A stretch of DNA of 64,000 nt from Clostridia bacterium (GCA_045533905.1 JAZSIR010000001.1:64001-128000), one strand, 5' to 3'; counted from the first letter of the stretch, positions 10,941 through 21,182 are shown. A program made the numbers and translations. Notes: a model not told the origin generated them from the letters alone.

Positions 10941-11050
10941 AGAATACGCCTCCTTTTGTTTTCTTTAACTATAAGTATATACTTGACTTTTCTCTTTTTC
11001 TTGTATTATAATGATAAAAAGTATAATTATTTTTAGAACGGAGGGTGTGT

Positions 11051-11893
11051 ATGGCTTATAACGAAATTGAAAGGCGCGGCACGGAAGATTTTCCCTTTGC
11101 CTTTTTCCATGTGGACGAAACGGCGCCGCGGTATGTAATGGCAGCCCACTGGCATGGCGAGCTTGAGCTCATCCGCGTTCTGGGAGGGGAGTTCCGCGTT
11201 ATACTCGGGCAGGACGCCTACACCTTAAAAAAAGGCGACTTTCTCTTTATAAACAGCGAAATCGTGCATCAGGGAACGCCTTCGGACTGCATATATGAAT
11301 GCATTGTATTCCACGCCGATTTTCTGTACAATCCTGCCTTTGACAGCCACGGTTTTCTCAAAAGCCTTCTGGACGGCGAATGTGTGCTGCATCCGTTTTA
11401 CCCTGCCGGCGAAAGCCCCCTGCATATGGCGTTAGATTCGATTTTTGACGCAACGGCAGAAGATACACGTGCACGGAAATTCCGCGTAATTGCCGCCTTT
11501 TACCACTTTTTCGGACTGGCGTTTGAAGCGGGATGTGTTATGCGTACAATCGGAAACGATACATTTTCCGAGAATCCGAATATGCGGGCTCTTAAAGAAG
11601 GCCTCGCTTTTCTTCGCCGGAATTATGATAAGCCGGTCACGCTTTCGGAGCTTTCCGCTGTGATGCATAAATCGCCGGGATACGCGGGCAGTTTTTTCAA
11701 AAATATGACCGGTAAAACGCCAATGGAATATCTCGTTTCCTACCGCATTGAAAAGGCCGGTCACAAGCTCCGGCACACGGACCTTTCGGTGACGGAAATT
11801 GCATTTTCCTCCGGGTTTTCGGATCTGAGTTATTTTATCAAGACGTTCAAAAAGCATATGGGCGTATCGCCCGGGAAATACCGGAAGCAATAA
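11051..11893 (+). CDS. AraC-family transcriptional regulator
   Basis: Cupin HWH motif plus C-terminal double HTH (IAFSSGFSDLSYFIKTFKKHMGVSPGKYR). Confidence 0.93.
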   Translation: MAYNEIERRGTEDFPFAFFHVDETAPRYVMAAHWHGELELIRVLGGEFRVILGQDAYTLKKGDFLFINSEIVHQGTPSDCIYECIVFHADFLYNPAFDSHGFLKSLLDGECVLHPFYPAGESPLHMALDSIFDATAEDTRARKFRVIAAFYHFFGLAFEAGCVMRTIGNDTFSENPNMRALKEGLAFLRRNYDKPVTLSELSAVMHKSPGYAGSFFKNMTGKTPMEYLVSYRIEKAGHKLRHTDLSVTEIAFSSGFSDLSYFIKTFKKHMGVSPGKYRKQ

Positions 11894-12029
11894 ATGCGGC
11901 TTTTGGCATTTCTGTGCAGTCTGTGCGCGGAAAACCTTTGCTTTGTCCTTGACACTGCCTCTTTTTTATGATATCATTTTGAGAGTGACAAAAAATGGTT
12001 TTTTGGAAAAATATAAGGAGAGTGTACGT

Positions 12030-12902
12030 ATGAATTTACAAGAAGCAAAGGCATATGCTGCCAAAAATATCGGAAACCGCCCCTTGGCGGAAGGCCGCCT
12101 CGGCGGAAAGATTGCCATCGTAACCGGCGGCGCACAGGGTTTTGGCTTTGGCATTGCGGAACATATGTACCGCGAAGGTGCGGCCGTAGTTCTCGCGGAT
12201 ATCAATGAAGATCTTGCCAAAACAGCGGCAGCTTCTCTCGGCGAACGCGCTGTGGGCATCCGTGCCGATGTCTCGAACCCCGAATCCGTAGAAAACCTGA
12301 TGATTCAGACGGTTGAACATTTCGGCGGTCTGGACATTCTGGTTGCCAATGCAGGCGTTGTAAAGGCAGGCAGCCTTGAAGAGCTCACACCCGAGCAGTT
12401 TGAATTTGTAACAAAGGTAAACTATGCAGGCTATTTTTACTGTGTAAAATACGCCTCTGAAATTATGAAGGCACAGCATGAGGCCGCACCGGAAAAATGG
12501 TTTGATATCGTGCAGATCAACTCCAAATCCGGTCTCACGGGTTCCAAAAACAATTTTGCCTATGCAGGCGGCAAGTTCGGCGGCATCGGTCTTACCCAGA
12601 GCTTTGCGCTTGAGCTTGTGGAATATCAGATTAAGGTTAACGCCATCTGCCCCGGGAACTTCTATGACGGTCCCCTTTGGTCCGACCCCGAAAAAGGTCT
12701 TTTTGTGCAGTATCTTGCTGCAGGCAAGGTACCCGGCGCAAAAACAGTGGAGGATGTAAAGAACTTCTACCTGTCCAAGTCCCCCATCCGCCGCGGCTGT
12801 ACGCCTCTCGATGTAGCAAAAGCGCTTTTCTACTGCGTGGAACAGTGCTACGAAACCGGGCAGGCACTCCCCGTTACCGGCGGGCAGACAATGCTGAAAT
12901 AG
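12030..12902 (+). CDS. sorbitol-6-phosphate dehydrogenase (SrlD)-like SDR
   Basis: TGGAQGFG, QINSKSG…GSKNNFAYAGGKFGGIGLTQSFALEL, LFVQYL…VPG are characteristic of the SrlD subfamily. Confidence 0.8.
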   Translation: MNLQEAKAYAAKNIGNRPLAEGRLGGKIAIVTGGAQGFGFGIAEHMYREGAAVVLADINEDLAKTAAASLGERAVGIRADVSNPESVENLMIQTVEHFGGLDILVANAGVVKAGSLEELTPEQFEFVTKVNYAGYFYCVKYASEIMKAQHEAAPEKWFDIVQINSKSGLTGSKNNFAYAGGKFGGIGLTQSFALELVEYQIKVNAICPGNFYDGPLWSDPEKGLFVQYLAAGKVPGAKTVEDVKNFYLSKSPIRRGCTPLDVAKALFYCVEQCYETGQALPVTGGQTMLK

Positions 12903-12914
12903 GAGAAAAACACT

Positions 12915-14093
12915 ATGAGTATGTATGTAGAACTGCAGGAAAAAATAGCACTTCTGAATGCGCCGACGAAGGAAGAACGCCTCGGCAACCTGGAAAAGCT
13001 TCTGGCAGAAGAGACGGAAAAACCGGTCGTACGTCCGCAGTATGCGAACAATCACATTCACACCATCTTTTCCTTCTCCCCCTACTCCCCCACGGCGGCC
13101 GTATATATGGCAAGGGCTGAAGGCCTCCAGACGGCAGGCATTATGGACCACGACAGTATCGCAGGTGCAGAAGAATTCCGGGCAGCCGGTAAAATCGCCG
13201 GCATCGGCACCACGTGCGGCATGGAATGCCGTGTAGACTTTTTCGAAACGACTCTCGCCGGAAAACGTCTTAACAACCCTGACCAGGAAGGCATTGCCTA
13301 TATGGCCATCCACAGCGTACCGGCCACCGGTTTTGACCGGTTGCAGAAAGCGTTTCAGCCTCTTCTTGAAAAAAGAAACGAGCGAAACCGCAAAATGCTC
13401 GCCAATATCAACGCCTTAATGGCTCCTTACGGCATTTGTCTTGACTTTGAGAAGGACATTGTGCCCATTTCGCAGTATACGGCGGGCGGCTCGATTACAG
13501 AGCGCCATCTTCTCTATGCGCTGAGCCTTAAGATTCTCGAGATCTGCGGCATCGAAAACTGTGTGGATTTTGTAGAAAACAAGCTGGGTATCAAGCTTTC
13601 CGAAAAGCAGACCGCGTGCCTCGGCGACCCCAAAAACCCGCACCTTTCCTACGACCTTTTAGGTGTTCTGAAGGCGCAGCTTGTAGAAAAGATTTATATT
13701 CCCGCTTCTGCGGAATGTATGACACTTCGCGAGGCGGTAAAGCTTGCGGACGAGGTTGGGGCCATTTTGTGCTACGCTTATCTCGGCGATGTTACGGATT
13801 CCGTAACCGGCGATAAAAAGGCCGCCAAATTTGAGGACGACTTCCTTGACGATCTTTTCCGTGTTCTGCAAAGTGAAGGCGTAAAAGGCATCACCTATAT
13901 GCCGGCCCGAAACACAAGTGCGCAGATCAAGAGGCTGCAGGGTCTTTGCAAAGAATTCGGTATGACAGAAATTTCCGGTGAGGATGTAAACTCCTCCCGT
14001 CAGAGTATGATTTGCAAACAGCTGGAGCTTCCCGAGTTTTCCCACCTTGTGGATATGGCCTGGAAGCTTGTAGAAAGAGAAGCCAAATTTTAA
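12915..14093 (+). CDS. PHP-domain metallo-phosphoesterase-like protein
   Basis: NNHIHTIFS, GIMDHDS, GMEC, RNERN, ITERHL motifs; 12 bp downstream of the SDR stop, so likely co-transcribed. Confidence 0.8.
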   Translation: MSMYVELQEKIALLNAPTKEERLGNLEKLLAEETEKPVVRPQYANNHIHTIFSFSPYSPTAAVYMARAEGLQTAGIMDHDSIAGAEEFRAAGKIAGIGTTCGMECRVDFFETTLAGKRLNNPDQEGIAYMAIHSVPATGFDRLQKAFQPLLEKRNERNRKMLANINALMAPYGICLDFEKDIVPISQYTAGGSITERHLLYALSLKILEICGIENCVDFVENKLGIKLSEKQTACLGDPKNPHLSYDLLGVLKAQLVEKIYIPASAECMTLREAVKLADEVGAILCYAYLGDVTDSVTGDKKAAKFEDDFLDDLFRVLQSEGVKGITYMPARNTSAQIKRLQGLCKEFGMTEISGEDVNSSRQSMICKQLELPEFSHLVDMAWKLVEREAKF

Positions 14094-14133
14094 TCGAACA
14101 TAGAGTAAGAGCTGTGTTCTTAAGGATGTTTTG

Positions 14134-14173
14134 AATAATAGGGTTACAGAAAATTTTCTGTAACCCTATTATT
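14134..14173. repeat. perfect 40-bp palindrome (probable bidirectional terminator)
   Basis: aataatagggttacagaaaattttctgtaaccctattatt is its own reverse complement. Confidence 0.85.
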
Positions 14174-14265
14174 TTTGATTTCTGTACTCTGATACCGATT
14201 CTTTTTTGAATACACGACAAAAATACTGAACTGTCCAAAAACCACAACTACATATAATGATATAG
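14169..14265 (-). pseudogene. remnant of an AraC-type HTH C-terminus
   Basis: CSCGFWTVQYFCRVFKKESVSEYRNQK resembles the AraC helix-2 signature (GF…YFxRxFKK…SEYR) and has no upstream domain. Confidence 0.5.
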
Positions 14266-14432
14266 AAAGAGCAGTAAAAAATTTGAAGAACTACGGATTG
14301 AATGCTGTTAAGGGAATGATTGAAGACTGAAATTTTCTCCGGAACTGTAACAAGCATAAAAAATGTGTACCATCTTCCGAATATGTAGGATGTCCTAAAA
14401 CCTTACTTATAAAAAATATTGCTGAATCACTA

Positions 14433-14467
14433 AAAAAGACTGAACGAAATAAATCGTTCAGTCTTTT
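14433..14467. terminator. bidirectional terminator
   Basis: aaaagactgaacga-aataaa-tcgttcagtctttt. Confidence 0.7.
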
Positions 14468-14518
14468 AATACCGTCCCGAAGAACACTCCTCATAAGCTT
14501 TTATGGCTTTTTGTTTTG

Positions 14519-15451
14519 TTAAGCCATAGGCACGAGTGCCTCTTTCTGTACAGGAAGCGAAAAACGAAATGCAGAAGGCACAATTTCAAAGCGCGCCCTT
14601 TTTGCGGCCATAATTTCGCCGTCGATACAAAGGCGCATCGAGCCATCGAGGGGCGATACAAGAATTTCTTCACATTTTCCGGTCCATATGATAGCTCCAA
14701 TGTTCCGACGCGCAAGATGCGTGCCCTTCATATACGAGGGTAAAAGCGACAAAAACCTGCATCGGGAGATGTTTTTCACGATATTGATATCCATTTTACC
14801 GTCACATACGGATGCGAGAGGATTGCTTTTAATGCCGCCGCAGAAAGAGCCGTTTGCAACAGATGTGAGAAGGAGTTTGCCGCGGTGTCGCACAAAGCCG
14901 TCCGTTATAATTTCAAGGTTTGCGCCGCGCTTTAAGAACAGCATCGCAAAAATAGAAAGGAAATAGGCGACCGAACCTGAAATAAACGGCTTCTTTTTCA
15001 TCCGCGCCGTCATATCCGCCACATTGCAGTCAAAGCCGATATTGACCATATTGGCCGCATAGCGGACGACGGAGCCCGTCTCTGTTTCCACGGTGATTTT
15101 CACAGCGTCACACCGCACGCTTTCTCCATAGACGGAAAGGCTTCCGTCATAAAAGGATGCGCCTTCGAAATTACGGCAAAAATCATTGCCCGTGCCGACG
15201 GGGATAATGCCGATTTCCGCTTCGGTGCCAATGGCGCCATTGAGAACTTCGCCGAATGTGCCGTCACCACCGCAGGCGATGAACCGCGCGGTGCCTTTTG
15301 TCTCTATGTAGTTTCGGACGTATTCTGTGGCGTCGCCCTCTCTTTGTGTGATGTAAATCTCCGCTTCCCCGCAGCGTTTCCGTATCGTCTCAGCGAGAAG
15401 GGCGGCACCCCCCTGCCCTGCACACGGGTTGACAATAAAAATAGTTTTCAT
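14519..15451 (-). CDS. YegS/BmrU diacylglycerol-kinase-family lipid kinase
   Basis: IVNPCAG, GGDGTFGEV, PVGTGNDF, NGSFCGG, IDGE. Confidence 0.92.
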   Translation of the reverse strand: MKTIFIVNPCAGQGGAALLAETIRKRCGEAEIYITQREGDATEYVRNYIETKGTARFIACGGDGTFGEVLNGAIGTEAEIGIIPVGTGNDFCRNFEGASFYDGSLSVYGESVRCDAVKITVETETGSVVRYAANMVNIGFDCNVADMTARMKKKPFISGSVAYFLSIFAMLFLKRGANLEIITDGFVRHRGKLLLTSVANGSFCGGIKSNPLASVCDGKMDINIVKNISRCRFLSLLPSYMKGTHLARRNIGAIIWTGKCEEILVSPLDGSMRLCIDGEIMAAKRARFEIVPSAFRFSLPVQKEALVPMA

Positions 15452-15520
15452 TCTTTCTCTTCCCTATGCCGTTTTCTTTTGTATACCGAAAAGCCCCGCG
15501 CCTTTTGGCGCGGGACCGAC

Positions 15521-16204
15521 TTATCTATTGAGAATTAACTTTGTAAGTTCAACCGGGTCTACGATTTCGTTGCCTTTGTAGACGCGCATATTGCCGGATG
15601 CGATTTCGTCAATCAGAATAACCTCGTCATTGTTATAGCCGAATTCGAATTTGATATCCCAAAGGTCAAGGCCGATGGAACGAAGGTCATCTGCTACAAC
15701 CTTGGTGATTTTCAGTGTCTGTTCCTTCATGCTTTCAAACATTGCCGGAGACATAACGCCAAGTGCGGCGAGGCCTTCGCCTGTTACAAGCGGATCGCCT
15801 TTTGCATCGTTTTTGAAGGTACATTCTACATAGCCACCCTCGAGCACGGTGCCATCTTCAATATATTCGCCGTATCTGCGGATGAAGCTGCCAGTTGCCA
15901 CAAGGCGGCAGATAACTTCAAGACCATGACCGAATACCTTGCCCGGAAGAACTTCCATCGTAGCATTTTCGATATCCGCACTTACATAATGTGTTTTAAT
16001 GCCGGCCTTCTTCAGAAGGTCGAAATAATAAACGGATGTTTTGAGGTTTTCCTTGCCGATACCTTCAATAGTAAGACCAACGCTGTTCTCGCCCGGGTCA
16101 AACTTGCCGTCTTTGCCGGTGCAGTCATCTTTGAACTTCAGAAGAACGTTGCCGTTTTCAAGGTTGTAAACATCCTTTGTTTTTCCTGTGTAAACCAATT
16201 CCAT
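15521..16204 (-). CDS. purC: phosphoribosylaminoimidazole-succinocarboxamide synthase
   Basis: [15 protein letters not shown]…[34 protein letters not shown]. Confidence 0.93.
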   Translation of the reverse strand: MELVYTGKTKDVYNLENGNVLLKFKDDCTGKDGKFDPGENSVGLTIEGIGKENLKTSVYYFDLLKKAGIKTHYVSADIENATMEVLPGKVFGHGLEVICRLVATGSFIRRYGEYIEDGTVLEGGYVECTFKNDAKGDPLVTGEGLAALGVMSPAMFESMKEQTLKITKVVADDLRSIGLDLWDIKFEFGYNNDEVILIDEIASGNMRVYKGNEIVDPVELTKLILNR

Positions 16205-16324
16205 TGTACATTCCCCTATTCTTTCAGAATTTTCATACTATTTATTTTAGCACAAAAAATCTGTTTTGTCTCTATTTTTTTGAAATTTTTCCGATTTTTA
16301 TTTTCCTCTTCGGAATTTGCCCTC

Positions 16325-16359
16325 AAAAAAGGTCTGTTACCTAAAAACAGACCTTTTTT
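16325..16359 (-). terminator. terminator of gdhA
   Basis: aaaaaaggtctgtt…aacagaccttttt. Confidence 0.7.
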
Positions 16360-16375
16360 CGGGAACTATATTTTC

Positions 16376-17731
16376 TTATACAATACCCTGTGCCATCATA
16401 GCATTGGCAACCTTCTTGAAGCCTGCAATGTTGGCGCCCGCTACGAGGTCATAGCCGAGGCCGTATTCTTCAGCAGCTTCTACGGAAGCCTTATGGATGT
16501 TTACCATAATGTCCTTAAGCTTCGCATCAACCTCTTCCGCGCTCCAGCTGTAACGCATGGAGTTCTGGGACATTTCGAGAGCGGAAACGGATACGCCGCC
16601 GGCATTAACTGCCTTGGAGGGGCCTACAACGAGACCCTTGCTGCGAAGAAGTGCCATTGCTTCGTTTGTGGTGGGCATATTGGCAACTTCGATGTAGTAC
16701 TTGGTGCCGTTTGCGATAATCTGCTCGGCTTCTGCGATGCCGATTTCGTTCTGCGTAGCGCAGGGCATGCAGATATCAACCTTAACGCCCCACGGCTTCT
16801 GCTTTGCGAAGAATTCACAGCCGAACTTTTCTGCATAATCCTGTGCACGGTCACGACCGGAGGAACGCATTTCGAGAAGGAAATCCCACTTCTCCTTGGT
16901 GCCTACACCATTCGGATCGTATACGTAACCGTCGGGGCCGGAAATGGTAACAACCTTGCCACCGAGCTCAGTTACCTTCTGGCAAACACCCCAGGCAACA
17001 TTACCAAAGCCGGAAACGGCAACGGTCTTGCCTTCGAAGGTATCGCCTTCGTGCTTTAATACTTCATTGGCATAGTAGGAAGCGCCGAAACCGGTAGCTT
17101 CGGGACGGATGATGGAACCACCGTACTCCATACCCTTGCCTGTCAGAACGCCGTTTTCCCAGCAGCCCTTGATTCTCTTATACTGACCGTAGAGGTAGCC
17201 GATTTCTCTGCCGCCCACACCGATATCACCGGCCGGAACGTCAACATCGGGACCGATGTGTCTGTAAAGCTCCGTCATAAAGGCCTGGCAGAAGCGCATA
17301 ATTTCTGCATCGCTCTTGCCTCTGGGGTCAAAGTCAGAACCGCCCTTACCGCCGCCGATCGGAAGACCGGTAAGGCTGTTCTTGAATGTCTGTTCAAAAC
17401 CGAGGAACTTCATAATGCCGGAATATACCGACGGATGGAAGCGAAGACCGCCCTTGTAGGGACCGATTGCGCTGTTGAACTGTACACGGAAGCCTCTGTT
17501 GGAATGTACCTTGCCGTTATCGTCTACCCAGGAAACGCGGAAGGTGATCATTCTTTCCGGCTCTACAAGGCGCTCAATAAGGCCTGCAGCCTCGTATTCC
17601 GGATGCATGTTCACAACGGGTTCAATAGATTCGAAAACTTCTTCTACGGTCTGCAAGAATTCAGGTTCATTCTTATCTCTTGCTGCGACCTGTTCGAATA
17701 CCCGTTTTAAGTACTCGTTTGTAAATGCCAT
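16376..17731 (-). CDS. gdhA: NADP-specific glutamate dehydrogenase
   Basis: GPYKGGLRFH, GGGKGGSDFDP, DVPAGDIGVG, RPEATG, KAVNAGGV. Confidence 0.96.
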   Translation of the reverse strand: MAFTNEYLKRVFEQVAARDKNEPEFLQTVEEVFESIEPVVNMHPEYEAAGLIERLVEPERMITFRVSWVDDNGKVHSNRGFRVQFNSAIGPYKGGLRFHPSVYSGIMKFLGFEQTFKNSLTGLPIGGGKGGSDFDPRGKSDAEIMRFCQAFMTELYRHIGPDVDVPAGDIGVGGREIGYLYGQYKRIKGCWENGVLTGKGMEYGGSIIRPEATGFGASYYANEVLKHEGDTFEGKTVAVSGFGNVAWGVCQKVTELGGKVVTISGPDGYVYDPNGVGTKEKWDFLLEMRSSGRDRAQDYAEKFGCEFFAKQKPWGVKVDICMPCATQNEIGIAEAEQIIANGTKYYIEVANMPTTNEAMALLRSKGLVVGPSKAVNAGGVSVSALEMSQNSMRYSWSAEEVDAKLKDIMVNIHKASVEAAEEYGLGYDLVAGANIAGFKKVANAMMAQGIV

Positions 17732-17994
17732 ACCAAACACTCCTCTTTATTAAAGAATGGAATTATTATACCATACTCTTTTGGGATTTTGCAATACAAA
17801 AAGAGAAATTTTTTTACTTTTTGTGTGATTTTGTAGAAATTTGATAGATTTTTGTTGTTTCCGGCTGTTTTGCCCGTCACAATCCCTCGTATTCTACATC
17901 TCCATTACAGTATATGCACTAATCCTGTTCCACTTGCCAATATCCCCTTCATACTCAAAAGGCAGGACAGTACGGAGAATGCTCTTATTGCCTA

Positions 17995-18351
17995 CTATTT
18001 CTTCCATCTGAGAGCCGTAATCTCATATTTTTCCCCGAGGGCGGTGCCGTCGTATATTTCTTTACCGTCATACGAAACGAAGCAGTTGCCGATGTACGAC
18101 CAGTGGGCGCCGTTTACCTGCCAGGTGATATGCATCACATAATAGAAAGTGCCGTTTTGGGACGCGGAACCTGTGCAACGATAGGCAATCGGAAACCCTG
18201 TTTCCGCATCACATTCTCCCAAAACATCACGGCAAAGCGCTTCCGCTTCCTGCGCGGTGATGGTATCCTTCTGCATTGCCACATATGCGCCCAGCACCAC
18301 CGCCAGTATAACTGCCAGAAGGCAGAAAGCCAAAACCCATATTTTCTTCAT
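17995..18351 (-). CDS. hypothetical exported protein
   Basis: N-terminal signal/TM segment; AAGGGGAG RBS. Confidence 0.65.
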   Translation of the reverse strand: MKKIWVLAFCLLAVILAVVLGAYVAMQKDTITAQEAEALCRDVLGECDAETGFPIAYRCTGSASQNGTFYYVMHITWQVNGAHWSYIGNCFVSYDGKEIYDGTALGEKYEITALRWKK

Positions 18352-18376
18352 CGTTTCACTCCCTTTTCATCGTATG

Positions 18377-18760
18377 CTATCCTTTCGCGCAATAGACGTC
18401 GATGGCGTCTCGGATAAACGAAGCCGTGCCCGCCCCGTGTTTATTGATGTTCGCCCGGAAGCGTTCATCTTCCACATACATTTTCCCAAGGCCCGACAAA
18501 ATCTCATTTGTGCAGAGGTAGTAGTTTTCGGTGATATGCACCTGCAGCTTCTCTGCCAGTTTTTGTGTTTCGGGAGACTCTGCTTTTTCCCCTTTTTGCA
18601 TCAAAGCGGCAAAAGACGCGAGTATCGCATCCATTTCGAGGGCGAGTGTGGCCCACTTTTCTTTTGCATACGCCTTCGTTTTTTCTGTATGTTCTTTATA
18701 GGCGGCCGTTTCGCCCCATCTTTCTTTTATCTCTTCTTTATAAGTTTCAAACGCCTGCAT
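18377..18760 (-). CDS. stand-alone TipAS antibiotic-recognition domain protein
   Basis: YKEEIKERWGET…CTNEILSGLGKMYVEDERFRANINKHGAGTASFIRDAI; ATG overlaps the GNAT stop (TAATG). Confidence 0.85.
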   Translation of the reverse strand: MQAFETYKEEIKERWGETAAYKEHTEKTKAYAKEKWATLALEMDAILASFAALMQKGEKAESPETQKLAEKLQVHITENYYLCTNEILSGLGKMYVEDERFRANINKHGAGTASFIRDAIDVYCAKG

Positions 18761-19263
18761 TATACGTTCCTCTTCACAAGTTCGTCGGGCAATCTGTATT
18801 CCAGAATAATCGTATTTGTCCACTTTCCAAACTTATCTTGCGCAATGCGTTCTCTGTAGCCTATCGTTCTGAAGCCGCATTTCGTATGCAGCTGCAGGCT
18901 GTTTTCATTGGTCGAAAACACAGAGGCGTACAGACACCAGAAGCCTTTGCCGGGTGCCTCGTCAATTAATTTTTGCATAAGACTTGTACCCACGCCCCGG
19001 TGCCGATAGTTTTCATCGACATAGACAGACACTTCCACAACGCCACGGTACGGTTCGCGCGTCGTCGTCGGGCTCACGGCCACAAAGCCTGCCACTATGC
19101 CGTCGCACAAGGCCACATACCGGCAGTTCTTATGGTGCACGGCATCCCATTCTTCCCAGGTGGGATACGTTGTGGTAAAGGTTGCCTTACCCGAATCAAT
19201 GCCCTTCTTATATATTTCAAAAACCCGATTCCAGTCTTCCGGAATCATTTCACGAATCTGCAT
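18760..19263 (-). CDS. GNAT N-acetyltransferase (phosphinothricin/YncA-like)
   Basis: ATFTT, EVSVYV…RHRGVGTSL, NENSLQLHTKCGFR. Confidence 0.9.
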   Translation of the reverse strand: MQIREMIPEDWNRVFEIYKKGIDSGKATFTTTYPTWEEWDAVHHKNCRYVALCDGIVAGFVAVSPTTTREPYRGVVEVSVYVDENYRHRGVGTSLMQKLIDEAPGKGFWCLYASVFSTNENSLQLHTKCGFRTIGYRERIAQDKFGKWTNTIILEYRLPDELVKRNV

Positions 19264-19304
19264 TTTTTCCTCCACAGCTTTATTGTCTTTCCGGTATTCT
19301 CTGC

Positions 19305-19439
19305 CTATAAAACTGCATATATGCCCGGCAGTATACCTGTCTCGCTCTTTCGCTTTATGTTTTCGTAGGTCGAGGTGGTAATCCGGATGCAGGCAAATGC
19401 GAAAAGCAAAACCAAAATAATTATGATGCCCTTTTTCAT
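19305..19439 (-). CDS. short 44-aa ORF with a signal-peptide-like N-terminus (possibly a truncated gene)
   Basis: MKKGIIIILVLLFAFAC…; ATGA overlap with the ThuA stop. Confidence 0.4.
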   Translation of the reverse strand: MKKGIIIILVLLFAFACIRITTSTYENIKRKSETGILPGIYAVL

Positions 19440-20194
19440 CTCTCTATCCCCTTCGCGCAGTATTCTGCAGGGGCGCCTTTCCCCCGTTCTATGATGCCTG
19501 CACGTATGCATCTCAGTTCTTTTTCCCGATATGCAGGCTTTGCCCACCGCACGGCGTTCTGAATCACCTTCTGAATTTCCGGCTGATGGTAAATGGGATA
19601 TTCCTCGTGGCCGGGCTGAAAATAGAATATCTTCCCTCGGCCTCTTTGATACACACAGCCCGAGCGGAAAATCTCGCCGCTTTCGTACCAGGCAACCATT
19701 AAAAGATTGTCCGGTACCGGCACCCCGAAGGGCTCGCTGTACATTTCCTCCCTGGGGATTTCAAAATATGCGGGAAGCCCCATTGTAATGGGATGGTCGC
19801 GGTCAAGAATCCAGACGCGCTCAAATTCCCCGCCGTCACGCCACGAAAGATTGCAGGATGTGCCCATCAGAAGTTTGAAGGGCTTCGACAGATGTGCCGA
19901 GTGGAGAAAAATAGCGCCCATTCCGCGGAGAACCGCTTCCTGCACCATTTTAGCGACCTCGTCCGGCACCTTCTGATACGCCTCGTGTCCCCACCAGATC
20001 AAAACATCGGTTTCCTCGAGGATTTCGGGTGTAATACCGCAGTTTTCATCGTCTAAAGTTGCCGTTTTTACGCGAATATCGTCGCACTGCAAAAAGTTTT
20101 TTATGGTCGTATGAATCCCTTCGGGATAAATGGCCTGTACCTTTTCTTCCCGTCTCTCGTGAATGTTTTCATTCCACACCAAAACACGAATCAT
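19436..20194 (-). CDS. ThuA (trehalose utilization) domain protein
   Basis: VWNENIHE, YPEGIH, TDVLIWWGH, LHSAH, EEMYSEPF, YFQPGHE. Confidence 0.9.
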   Translation of the reverse strand: MIRVLVWNENIHERREEKVQAIYPEGIHTTIKNFLQCDDIRVKTATLDDENCGITPEILEETDVLIWWGHEAYQKVPDEVAKMVQEAVLRGMGAIFLHSAHLSKPFKLLMGTSCNLSWRDGGEFERVWILDRDHPITMGLPAYFEIPREEMYSEPFGVPVPDNLLMVAWYESGEIFRSGCVYQRGRGKIFYFQPGHEEYPIYHQPEIQKVIQNAVRWAKPAYREKELRCIRAGIIERGKGAPAEYCAKGIER

Positions 20195-20260
20195 TTTCTT
20201 CTCTCCTTTATGCGGGCAAAATCTCCCCCCCCACGTCAAAGTAAAAGCAAAACCGTGGGC

Positions 20261-21166
20261 TCAGAAAATAGTCAGCCGCACAACCTCACCTTTATTGCGG
20301 GTGCGGAGATGCCCACACTCGATGTACTCGCGGAAGGCGGACGGAATGAAGCTGTTGTCTCCCGGTTCGAAGGCTCTGAGGCGCTCTCTTGCAATCTCCT
20401 TGATTTCGTCTGCCGATTTGCCAAGTGCATAGCCTTCAAAATAGGTGGTGCAAAGCTCTACATAGTTCAGTTTTTTGTTTTTCTTCTCGGCATCATATCT
20501 CTTTTTATTCCAGTCCTCAAACACAAAGGGCGTATCAAAATCACATTCGGCAATCTCCCCGATTTCCTTCAGGAAAATCTGTGCCATCACGTGATAGCCG
20601 TAGTCTGTAGGATGGGTACGGTCGGGCTGTATAATCTCTGCTTTCCCGAGAAGCGGAAGCAGATGATCCTTAAAGTTTACAACGCGGCAGCCGTACTTTT
20701 CGGCCATTTCAAGCTGAAACGCGCACGCTCTCTCAAGGGCGGCCTGGTAGCATTTCTTTTCGGTGCCCGCTTCGGAAACTTCATCGTACGGCGTGGGCAG
20801 GCATATAATAACCTCCGCGCCCGCATTTTTGCAGCTATGGATAATTTCTTCATACGCACCTTTATGGCGCAAAAACCAGCTTTCCCGTGCCTCGGCTTCT
20901 TCATGGCTTTGCGGCGCGGCCGTTTTGTAGAGGTCTACATTCATATCGTTCATACCGAGCATCAAAACCACATAATCAGGATTATGGATAAGGCATTCCG
21001 TATGCATATATCCACGCACCTTGTCGGCAATGCTCCCGGAAACGCCGCAGTTATAACACTTTATCTTATACTTTTTCCGCAAAGTCTGGTAGACCTCTGC
21101 TTCCCAAAGCCCTTCAGCGGTGATACTGTCGCCAAGAAAACAAATAACATCTCTGTCCTTAAACAT
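20261..21166 (-). CDS. SGNH/GDSL hydrolase
   Basis: FLGDSIT, NCGVSG, GMND, DRTHP blocks. Confidence 0.88.
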   Translation of the reverse strand: MFKDRDVICFLGDSITAEGLWEAEVYQTLRKKYKIKCYNCGVSGSIADKVRGYMHTECLIHNPDYVVLMLGMNDMNVDLYKTAAPQSHEEAEARESWFLRHKGAYEEIIHSCKNAGAEVIICLPTPYDEVSEAGTEKKCYQAALERACAFQLEMAEKYGCRVVNFKDHLLPLLGKAEIIQPDRTHPTDYGYHVMAQIFLKEIGEIAECDFDTPFVFEDWNKKRYDAEKKNKKLNYVELCTTYFEGYALGKSADEIKEIARERLRAFEPGDNSFIPSAFREYIECGHLRTRNKGEVVRLTIF

Positions 21167-21182
21167 TTTTTTCTCTCCTTTT

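Noticed and set aside
12036-13313. 425-aa minus-strand ORF
   Set aside because: Antisense shadow of the SDR and PHP genes.
15926-17710. Long plus-strand ORFs antisense to gdhA/purC
   Set aside because: Shadow ORFs of well-conserved genes, with no RBS or recognisable motifs.
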